Below are positions 44,993 through 54,884 of a DNA stretch of 64,000 nucleotides, one piece after another. Both the position numbers and the translations under genes were made by a program. The notes under the pieces are model-generated. The model was not told the DNA's origin, made no database searches, and saw only the letters and a list, made by a program, of their open reading frames with translations. This DNA comes from Diplonema japonicum (Eukaryota > Protista > Euglenozoa: Diplonemea). Location of the stretch: the NCBI GenBank assembly GCA_964019335.1, contig OZ025675.1, positions 564,177 to 628,176 of the forward strand. The letters run 5' to 3'. Numbering within the stretch: the stretch's first letter is position 1; the number at the start of each line of letters is the position of its first letter.

Positions 44993-46431
44993 ATAATCCC
45001 CCTTTACTCTCATCGAGACTGGAAAACGCAACACTCTGCTGCTCAAAAACAAGAACCCTTAGAACATGATGGGAAAATGCTAACAAAACGGGCTGGGGAC
45101 CTTTACTAAATTCTACTCCTGTCCAAGTTTTGACAGGGGCGTCACCAAGGTCAATGCGAGCCACGTCTCGAGCAGGCCGGAACGGGGGAAATAAAAGAAG
45201 AAAGGCACCTTTGCTCTCGTGTCACCAAGAGGCCACTTTGGGGTATTTGGTGCAGCCCCCTCAGTGGACAGGAGACGGACGGCAAAGCGACTTTGTATTC
45301 AGAAGCTAGAAAAAAACAGAAACAAGAAAAAACACTTTAACACACGAAATGAAAAAAAAAAAAAAGAGATGAGATAAAGGAGGTTCCTGTTTTGGAACGT
45401 CCCCCTTGTCTCTACTTATCTACCCCTTTCTCCCTTCTGGGGCCTCGGCCCAAAAAAAAAGAAAAAAAAAGAAAAAGAAAAATAGAAAAATAAAAAGTCA
45501 TTCCTAGTTGGCTTGATGTTGTAATAAAAAAAAAAAAAAAAAAGTCTTTTTGTGGCACGCTTTGTCTTTCATGATTTCCCCCCCCCCCCCCCTTTTTTCC
45601 TTTTTTTAAAAAACGCAAAATAGCAACTCATTTACAATTATTTATTTTTTCTCTTGTTCAACCAGGGGGAAAAAAAAAAAAGAATAGGAAGAAAAAAAAA
45701 TTGTCAGGTGATAGCCTTCTGCTTACACCCCCTGGGATGGCTTTATTTGAGCGCACATTCTTTTTTTTTTTTTTTTGGAGGGGAGGAGTAGATTCAGACT
45801 TTTTACAAGCTTTTTTCCCCGTGAACAACTGTAAATCTTTATTTAAAAAAAGAAGGAAAAAAGAAGGGGGGGGGGGGAGGAGGAAGAAAAAAACACGCAA
45901 ATATTGAGAGCAACACAGACAAAGAGTTGCACTGTAAATGGTCAGGGAATATACCATTTAAAAAAAAAAGAGACATTTAAGGGTACCTGCGGTATGTGGC
46001 AGGGCGCCTAAGAAACAAAAAGGTGTCTTGAAAAAAAAAAAAAAGAAATTAAAAAAGAATTAGAAGAAAATGTGTTGTCATCTGCGTACACGACACAAGG
46101 GGGAGAGAGTAACAAAAACAAAAAAAGGGAAAAAAAAAGAAACTCGTTTTTTTTTTTTTTTTTTCCGTAGTTTTCTGTACCGTGTTGATAATGACTCGTT
46201 TTTTTTTTTTTTTTTTTTTATTCTTCCTTTTTTTTTCTTTTCTTTATAGTATTTTGCCTTCTCTCCTTTTCTTTTGGCTGTTTAGTGCTTGCGACAAATG
46301 TTTCAACAATATTATCGTTGAGCCTAAAAACTAGTTCATGGCAGCGAAATGAGCAATTTTATTAGGTAAAACTCCGCTCGCATAAACAAATTAATCGCCA
46401 AACTAGTTTTTTAGAACAAATATAATATATT

Positions 46432-46501
46432 ATATGAGCTCGTCCAGGAAAAAACTGCTGAACTGAATTATTTTGACATTTTAATCCGGTCGGGCTCATA
46501 T
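46432..46501. repeat. Tiny MITE-like inverted repeat
   Basis: ATATGAGCTCGTCCAGGA...TCCGGTCGGGCTCATAT. The same terminus (tccggacgagctcatat) occurs at ~10578-10594. Confidence 0.45.
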
Positions 46502-47131
46502 CAGCTTTTTTTTTTTTTTTTTTTTTGTGTGTGCATCGGCGTGAAAGTGACAGGTTTTAAGTCGCTTTTCTTTATTTCTTTCTTGAGGGGGGGGATAATT
46601 GTGATGAAGACCCAGAAAGAAGAAAAAAAAGAGGGGTAAAAAAAAAAGGATTTCAGTGGTGATCTCAAGAACAAGATGAAGAGAGGGGAAAAAAAAAGGG
46701 GGGGGGAGTCGTTACATTTGCCCGTTCTTCCCTCACTGCGATGTTTAGTACCAGATATGCAGCCCTCCCTTCACACAGAAGAGTGGATGTACTGGGATAT
46801 GCTGTCTGCACTTTGGAGAACAGGGAACTACGTAAGCGCGGCGGGGGGGGGGGGGGGGGGGCGTTAAATATTGATAGGAAGCGAATTGGTTATCAACAGC
46901 CCACCGTGGTGGCGTTGCCTACTTATAACGCTCCCCTATCTCCCATCCTCGCCTGCAGCCCAAGAAAAAAAAAAAAGAAAAAAAAAATCTTTCTTGCATC
47001 GAAGCTGGCAGTTCTTCTTTTTCTTTTCTTTTTTTTTTTCTTCTTGTCGTCATTGCCATGGTCTGACACACTAGAAAGATTAACATCCCTTTTAAAAAAA
47101 AAGGGCGGGGGGGGGGGGGGGGGGGGACACA

Positions 47132-47971
47132 TTATATAACAGACTGCCCCCTTCGCCTCGCGGGGCCTGGGCGGGGGCTGTTGGTCTTTTTATCAGCGGG
47201 TTTGCTGTCTGTAGCTTTGGCAGACCGCTCCTCCACAGTGAGTTTCCTGGGGTGGATGTGAAGATTCTTACAAAGCGTTCCTAATGTACACCCTGCCTCA
47301 GGCGATAAGAAAGCAGGACACCGAACCGCCTCCACCGAAGGCAGCTTCCACTGCTGAGAACAAGTGCGGCACCTCAAGGTCGAGACACCTGCTTTGATAC
47401 GAACAGAATCCCATGTGTTGTGAAGGCACGGCCTGCAAGACGGTGGGGGTGGCGCAGGGGGAACAGCTATAGGCAAAGTAGGGTGCTGCTCCGCCAATGG
47501 CTGGATGGCAGCCTCGGGACACCCACTTATACTATCCCTGTAGCATTCAGGTTTCGTCATTATCATGTTGGAAATTAGCATGGTTGGGAACGAGAATGTC
47601 ATAACCATCCTCTTGTGGTCGAAGCAAGGAGCGACGCCCTGTGGGGTGACTGTTGATGTGGTGTGGTCGATGACACACGTGTCGTGTCCTAGCTGCTTGA
47701 CACCTTCGATGTGAAAGGACACAACTGAGGTGTAGCCCCCGTAGAGCTGTTCGATGTACTTGTTGTAGTCACGGCAGGCCTCTACCTTGCCTGTACCTTG
47801 CAGGGGGAGCTGTACCATTTCAGACTTCCAGGACACGTCATTCTCTAGCCAGCTGTCGAAGCACTCGGAGACCAGTCCCTCGTGCATGCTTGCGATGAAC
47901 TCTTTGAAGAATTGAATGCCGGCATCGGCCACGCTTGTGTGGGGGGTGATCCCACTCCGGAATTTTCGCAT
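47132..47971 (-). CDS. Putative RNA-binding protein: NTF2/SnoaL-like N-terminus + zinc-ribbon-like motif + CCCH-like finger
   Basis: PCLHNTWDSVR...LRCRTCSQQW and CPAFLSPEAGCTLGTLCKNLH. The N-terminal fold call is tentative. Confidence 0.7.
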   Translation of the reverse strand: MRKFRSGITPHTSVADAGIQFFKEFIASMHEGLVSECFDSWLENDVSWKSEMVQLPLQGTGKVEACRDYNKYIEQLYGGYTSVVSFHIEGVKQLGHDTCVIDHTTSTVTPQGVAPCFDHKRMVMTFSFPTMLISNMIMTKPECYRDSISGCPEAAIQPLAEQHPTLPIAVPPAPPPPSCRPCLHNTWDSVRIKAGVSTLRCRTCSQQWKLPSVEAVRCPAFLSPEAGCTLGTLCKNLHIHPRKLTVEERSAKATDSKPADKKTNSPRPGPARRRGQSVI

Positions 47972-48642
47972 TCCTCCCCCCCCTCCCCTCCCTCCTTCCT
48001 TTTTCTTTTTTGCTTGACAATGAGGAAATAAAAAATGGGGGGGGGGGAAGAAGGAGAGAGAAGAAAAAAAAAAAAAAAAAAAAAAAAAAGAAAGAAAAAA
48101 AGAAAGAAAAACAGCATATTTGATAATGAATTGTTTAAAAAAAAAATAATAAAAATAAAAAAAGAGTACTGGTGGGGTTGTCTAATCCCGGCTGTGTTCA
48201 AAACAATTAAACTGACTCGCGGCCACCCTGCTGTATGCATTCGGTGCCGCACACTCTGGTGATGGGATCCTTCCTTGCAAAGGATTCCTCTACCGTGGAT
48301 CAGATCACTCGACACAGCCGGGTCTGACCCTTCGCCCCCCCCCCCCCTCTCCTCTTCGTCCTCTCGTTCCCATTACAGTACAAAGGAAGAAAAAAGTGAA
48401 AGAGATAAAAAAAAAACACAGTGTTAGAAGTCGGGGGAGATATCCACTCTGAAGCAAGTAGCAAGAGGCAGACGGAAGAAGGAAAAAAAAGCGAATAAAA
48501 CGAACCTTTCGAGTGCAACAGAACATAATAAAAAAAATGGGGCGGGGTAGGGGAGGGTGAAATGGTTAGGGATTCTTTTCTTTTTTTTTTTTTTCTCGAA
48601 TAAATTATAATGCTATGTTTAAGAATGATTTAGTAAACCTGT

Positions 48643-49146
48643 GCAGGCAAGGATTTACTTCCTTTTCCAGGTCTTATACCATATTATTTTCTTTTTTTTT
48701 CCCCCTTGCTTTTTTACTTCTTTTCGTTTATTGAACGCGGCAAGAAAGAAAAAGATATTTTTAAAAAATGAGTTCACCTGACCAACAGCACACGTGTCTC
48801 TTCTTTCTTTCTTTTTTTTTGCCATTGTTCCCACTTTTTTTTTTCTTCTGTCTTTAAAACTAAAAATAATTCTTTATGACTATATGTCTTTGTTGTTCGC
48901 AGGCAAGGATTTACTTCCTTTTCCAGGTCTTATACCATATTATTTTCTTTTTTTTTTCCCCCTTGCTTTTTTACTTCTTTTCGTTTATTGAACGCGGCAA
49001 GAAAGAAAAAGATATTTTAAAAAAAATGAGTTCACATGACCAACAGCACACGTGTCTCTTCTTTCTTTCTTTTTTTTTTTCTTTTCCTTTTTTTTTTTTT
49101 TGCCATTGTTCCCACTTTTTTTTTCTTCTGTCTTTAAAACTAAAAA
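48643..49146. repeat. Recent tandem duplication, ~256-bp offset
   Basis: gcaggcaaggatttacttcc... starts at 48643 and 48899. The copies differ mainly in homopolymer tracts. Confidence 0.9.
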
Positions 49147-49269
49147 AAAAAAAAGTTACCACAACTTTTAAGGATTCTCTCTTTATTTTTTTCCCTTAAA
49201 AAGGAGAAGGGAGAAAAAACAAAAACAAAAAAAACAAGGAAAAAAAAAAAGAGAAAAAAAATCTAGACA

Positions 49270-49405
49270 TTTGAGGTTCGCGTATTTCCGCGCTCACCAG
49301 CTAGTCCTCCGTCTTCACATCACTTTCTTCCAACTTCCACAGGGCGTGGCAGAGGTACCGGAACCTTCTTTACATCGTCGAATTTTGCGGGCCCTCGTCA
49401 TGCCT
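49270..49405 (-). mobile_element. Possible LINE 3' remnant
   Basis: GGACTAG..GGTGAGCGCGGAAATACGCGAACCTCAAA resembles the tail of the 53465 copy (GGACTAAG..GGTGAGCGCAAAAACGCATACCTTAAA). Confidence 0.35.
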
Positions 49406-49471
49406 CTGGAGGAAGAAAAGGACAAAAAGAGGGCAGGGGGATAGAAGAAGAATCGTTCTTTTTTTTTTTTT

Positions 49472-49990
49472 TCAAGGTGCAAACGTGAACAATGCCCTTG
49501 TAATGCGTCCCTGGCAGGCGGGGCACTTCTTCTCCAAAAGTTTGTCATAGCATCCCCAGCACATCACAAGGTGCTGGCAATCTTCTATTAAGGTGTCTCG
49601 CTTACATGTCAAACAGACCGAGCAAGCGTCAGGAGCATCCTCAGGAAGGACGGTAGGTTGGTATGACAAAGGCGGGCAAAGATCAGGAGTGGAGAAGTTT
49701 GGCCGTGACCGAGGACGATGCGACAACGAGTTCACGATATCAGTTAAAATACACCCAAATCCCACAAGGGACACCATCAACAACATGCGGTTTTGATACC
49801 TATTATTACAGTTGCCACTTGCACCATGGCTTTGCGGCCTCCTAAGTGTTTCGGCCACGTGTAAAATCCTGTGCCGGCTCCCTTCATCACCGCCTTCACT
49901 CCCGCCAGCCTTACAGAAGGTTCCAAGTAATATTCCGATATAGCCGCTCACGACACTCAGCGGTAGCCTAGGCACCTCGTACCCGGGCAT
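49472..49990 (-). CDS. Small RING-HC (C3HC4) protein, probably membrane-associated E3 ligase
   Basis: CSVC..CQHLVMCWGC..CPAC at the C-terminus and two hydrophobic segments upstream. Confidence 0.75.
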   Translation of the reverse strand: MPGYEVPRLPLSVVSGYIGILLGTFCKAGGSEGGDEGSRHRILHVAETLRRPQSHGASGNCNNRYQNRMLLMVSLVGFGCILTDIVNSLSHRPRSRPNFSTPDLCPPLSYQPTVLPEDAPDACSVCLTCKRDTLIEDCQHLVMCWGCYDKLLEKKCPACQGRITRALFTFAP

Positions 49991-50175
49991 TTTTTTTTTT
50001 CTTTTGTGTACCCCCACTTTCCTCTTCCCTTTTGGAGGGGGGTGTAGAACGACAGAAGAAGAAGAAGAAAAGAAGTGAAAAGAATTAAATGAAACAATAC
50101 CCCCCTCCGCTCTTTGGATCCAACCGGCTCAATAACCATGTTTAAGGACCGTTATTCTTTTTTTCCCCCCCCCCG

Positions 50176-52358
50176 TCAATCGATGATGATGAGCTCCTTG
50201 CAATCATTGGAGGATTCGTCGCTGTTCAAGGAGATTTGTCTCTTTGTCATGGATTTTTGCAACACCGGCCGTGCGATCCTTGGCCTCCCACGCTTCCTCT
50301 TCGGGGGAGGTGTATCCCCCCTGCTAGACGAGGAATCTAAATCAGAACCGGGAGGGGTACTCTTCCCAGACTTCCTTGGCCTCCCCCTTTGCCTCGCAGT
50401 TGGGTTAGAAGCCGCTTTTTCTTGCGAGCTACAAACTGCTTTTTTTGGCTGTGAGTAGGGTTTATAGACGGGACCAGAGGAGATATCGGAAGGTGTTGAA
50501 GACGTAGATGACGAAGAAGAAGAAGAAGAGGAAGAAGAGGAGGAGCAAGAAGACGAAGAAGAGGAAGGCGGAGATAGCTGCCTCTTTGACCTCACGCTTC
50601 TCTTCTTCGCAGAAGGAGGGGGCGTTGCAGGAAGGGGCGTTCTAAATTCCGAGCTGTTAGTGTCCTCCTCTTCCTCCTCCTCCTCCTCCTCCTCCAACAT
50701 CGATGAAGACGAAGAGCTCTCTGTCGGTTCTGAAAGAACTTCTTCCCCGTCCATCTGCTTGACCAGCAGTGATGCGCAAGTCCTGTGCCCTCCTCTCCGG
50801 GCTATGTTCAGGGCGGTTTCAGAATCTGTTGATGGTTCACTTTTTTTTTTTTTTTTTTTTTTTTTTGTCAGGTACCTGCGTTCAGTTCCGACGTCTCAAT
50901 CTCATTGTGGCGCAGCAACACCTTGACACACTCGGTTCTCCCAAGATACGCTGCGGTGTGCAACGCCGTTGAGCCCTCCCCGTCTTTCCTGTTCACGCGG
51001 ACCTCCGGCGATTCCAAAACCACAGCAAGACATTCCGGCGTATCATGTTTGATGGGCAGGAGCATGCATTCATATCTGTCGGCATCTGACAGTCCGAGAA
51101 GGGTGCGTGCAGTGTGGGGGTATCCATGCCGCAGGGCGGCGAAAAGAGAGTTTTGTATAAAATCCCGCTTGGCAGCCGGCGTGGTCCTGCTGTGGTTTAT
51201 AACCATGAGGAGAACTGCGACATGACCGCGGCCTACTGCGGCATCGACGGATGATGTCAAACAGCGCCACAAGGCGTCGGCAGATATCTGTGGGATGTGC
51301 CCGAGGAGGCACTCTGCACATGGTATGTCATGTGACTCAAGTACGAGCGTCGCCAGCTTTTTGATTTCCCGCGGAGGGAGCTTCGGGAACTCCGACACGA
51401 TTTCTTTCACGCACGTTACATGCCCCAGTGCGAAGGCGGTGTGCAGCGCGTTTTTATTATTCTTGCAGTGATGCGCTGTTTTGACTAGGTCGGCATGCGC
51501 AAGCAGTGCCCGAAGGCATTCGGTGTGACCTTCCTCCGCAGCAATATGGAGCGCCGTCGAACCCTCGTCGTCTCTGCTGGTTATGTCGACTTCGGGGCAT
51601 CGAAGCAAGCATTCAATACAGTTTACTGAACCGACCTCTGCCGCGATGTGCAACGGTGTGGACCCGTCCTCGTCCCGTGCGTTGGGGTCGGCATCAGGGT
51701 GCTGCAACAGCCTTTCAAGGCACGGCGAAAAATCGTAGTCGCACGAAATGTGCAGCGGAGTGGACCCGAGGCTGTCCTGCTGATTCACATCGACCCCGTT
51801 TATCTTTAACACCTCATCTAAGACGCTTTCAAACCCGTGGTGCGCCGCGAGATGCAGGGCTGTGTACCCTTCGTCGTCATCTGTACGTATATTCGGATCA
51901 AGATGCTGGACCTCTGCCAGAGTCTGCACACACAGTGGTAAATTGTTCTCAGATGCCTCGTGCAACAAGGTCATCCCTTCCGGGTTCGTGTACCCATTCA
52001 AATCAAATCCTGTGGCGAGAAGTAGTCGCAGGAGGCGGGACTTCTCACGCTCTGCGATTGCTAGATTTCCCAAAATTTCCGGTTCCTTGACGCTGATCCC
52101 TATTTTCTTTAGCTCTTCTGAGGCAGCAAATTTTTCGTCGAGTACTACATGGAGCATTCCCTGATCCTGTAGAGGGTACTCCGAGACCCTCTCTCCATTT
52201 TGCATCACGTTGTCCTCGTAGTGAAGCTCAAAGCTACTTCCGGCGAGCCCCGCTTCAGTGCTGATTCGGCGTTTCAAGTCATCGACAAGTTCGCTTCCCT
52301 GTGCCTCAAGACAGAACGACTCCTGTGAAGGGAGGCCGATCTGAAGGTCCACCGACAT
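50176..52358 (-). CDS. Ubiquitin-like + ankyrin repeat + acidic/Ser-rich + two AT-hook protein (2 exons)
   Basis: Start MSVDLQIG. UBL-like VDDLKRRI..G....ELHYED...YPLQD. Ankyrins GYTALHLAA, GSTPLHIS and GSTALHIAA. The intron at 50826-50875 (GTACC...CATCAACAG) restores NADSETALNIARRGGHRTCASLL in frame with ORF 50176-50754, which carries RGRPRK and KRGRPR. Confidence 0.85.
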
Positions 52359-52887
52359 TGCTGTTCCCCCCCTCCTCCCTTTGGCGAGTTTTCTTTTTTT
52401 CTTCTTTTTTCCTAACAATAACCATAGATTTCTTTTTGCAAGAAAAAGAAGAAGGACAGGAGAGGCGAGAGAAAGAAAGAGAGAGAGAGCGAAAGAGGAG
52501 TTGACCGTTGTGTTCGTGCCCGTGTTGTAAAGCCTGGCAACACGTAGCAACGGGACAAATAAAGACATTCGAGTGCTTCGCAGAAGAAGTCCCTTAAGTC
52601 GAAGCCCAGGACTCTTTTTTTACAAAAGAAAATACTGTAAAATGAAAAACACCCGGAGGGACAAACGTCGGGATCTTGGGACTCCGGTCCGGGAATTTTT
52701 CTTCAACCCTGGCCTGGGTGGGCTGACTTCATTGGCTGAATCATCGTTCGTCAATGAAGGCCCTGACTTCCATGGCGAAGGTCCCTGCCCTATCTTTGTC
52801 CCCTGGGGGGGGGGGGGGGGCTGCGGCTGGTATAGTATTCATAGGGTTCAGTATGCCTCCAAAGTCCACGAGGTCCGTTTTTCCCAG

Positions 52888-52928
<41 letters not shown>

Positions 52929-53326
52929 GGCTTTGATTGCAACACTAGGTGGCGTTAAGCGTGCAATGAAGCACGAACTACCTACTTGATTACAGGGGGC
53001 GCTCCTCGGCCGAGCAGTAGCTTCTTCTGCGTTCCGCGTCGTGTCCTTAATGCGTGCGGTGTGCTCAACCCTAGCCGGGGCGTCCCGGGTAACCAAGATT
53101 CTGCGTTCGTGCAGTTTGCTGCCTGTTCGTCACCCTGAGCATCTGCGTTACGTTCTTCCACTCGGGCGCTACGGTGATGACCGACGAGGAGGTCAACAGC
53201 GAACAACACATCTGATGTACTTCTTATATTTCCATGTTATCCCCACCACCCAAAAAAAAAACCGGGGGTTCTGCTTCAGAAAACTCTTGGACTGATAAAC
53301 TTCCGGGTTATTTTGGCATCCGGGAG

Positions 53327-53390
53327 TTTGTCCGTCCGGGCATTTTTCCTTCCGAACATTTGTCCGTCCGAACATTTGTCCGTCCGACTT
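53327..53390. repeat. 16-bp tandem repeat, ~4 copies
   Basis: Unit CATTTGTCCGTCCGAA with variants. Confidence 0.7.
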
Positions 53391-53424
53391 ATTTCACTTT
53401 ACAGTAATATAAAAAAACTATTCT

Positions 53425-54405
53425 TTTAAGGTATGCGTTTTTGCGCTCACCGGCCGCGCTGTTCTTAGTCCCCGTTGTCCCCGTTCTGGGGGCTCTGGCG
53501 GGTTCCTACTGCGGTGGTAAAACTGCGGGGCAGCCTTGTCGGGGTCTGCGACAGGTACGTGTCACGCAAGCCTTCGATGCTGCTCATGGTTCGCTCCGGG
53601 AGTACTGGCCTCCTGTCATACCCGTGTGTGGTCGGTCCTCCTATACAGCGCAGGGAGTTGACGCGATCCACTCGCGCTGCTGGGAACGCCGTCCTTCTGC
53701 CATCAGCGTGGTACAGGTCCTGGACACGTCTCAGCACATACCTCAGCCTCCTTGCCTTGACGCCCAGGTCCTCCACCTTGCCCACTTCCCCGCCGTCGTC
53801 TAGCGGCAGCTCCGTCTCCCGCTCGAAGTCGAGGGCAAGCTCCAGCGTCGTAACCGTCGTGTGCCGTCCAGGGGCGTCATCCCACAGCAAGCCACTCAGC
53901 CACCTCAGCACCGGCCCCAGCAGCCTGTCCATCACCTTCCCCGATGCTCCCAGCCCACGTAATTCGGCCACCGTCGGCGTCGGGTGTGCCCTTCCCGTCA
54001 CGACCACCCGCCACGGGTATGTCTGCGTCTGCAATGCGCGGTTCGCTTCCACCGCCGTATCCCTCAGTGTGACCACCTCCAGCAGGTACCTTTGCACCAA
54101 CAGGGCCCTCGGCTTGTCTTGGCATCCCCTGGGCACTATCCCGTGGAGCGTCGTCGCGTTCGGCATGGTCGCCGGGTCGAGACTCGCATACTCTGCCTTG
54201 CCCCGCACCGCATCTCCGAGTTCGCATCGCCAGAGGGCGTGCTCCAGCACCTCGGTGTAGCTGCCGTAACGCTCCCCACACACGTCACAGAGGTGCTGCA
54301 GCGGGTTGTCCGGCCCCTCCGCCACTCCCCGCACCGCAGGGTACACCGCAAACACCGCCCCAGCAATCAGCCTCCTCAACCTGTACGCCGCCATCGGGTT
54401 GTTCG
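53425..54405 (-). mobile_element. 5'-truncated non-LTR retrotransposon, third subfamily
   Basis: RRLIAGAV, CDVC..EHALWRC, LHGIVPRG, ELALDFE and RRTAFPA match the other copies. Confidence 0.88.
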
Positions 54406-54884
54406 CTAAAAAAAAGAATATATAAGAGATAAAAAAGGGCAGGGTTGGTGGCGGCACACCCACTGTCTACAGCTTCTGCTCTTCCACTAGGGTGCTACCG
54501 GTGATGAAAAAATGAATGCCCTTGCTCCTAAATATAGGTCGACTTTTGCTGCAATCGAGCATCCTTTCATGCAGCACAATCGAAGTAAAAGTCTTTACCC
54601 GACTTGCAAAATAAATCATAAATCATGGAGAAGCTATGACACTTGCTCACATGTTAGTACTTTTTCTTCCTTATTTGTTGGAGGGGGGGAAGGGAAGAAA
54701 GAGAGAGAAAGCTACTATGCATCAACAAATGAATGGGTGGAATAATAGTCTGTAGAAACAAACTATGTCCTGTGTCCGGTGTAAGGAGCCGTACGTACAG
54801 CCGTACGCCGTACGCACTTTTTCAGATTTTGCTGCGTACGCGTACGCCGACAACGTAGCCCCCCCCCCCCCCCCCCCCCCCAAC

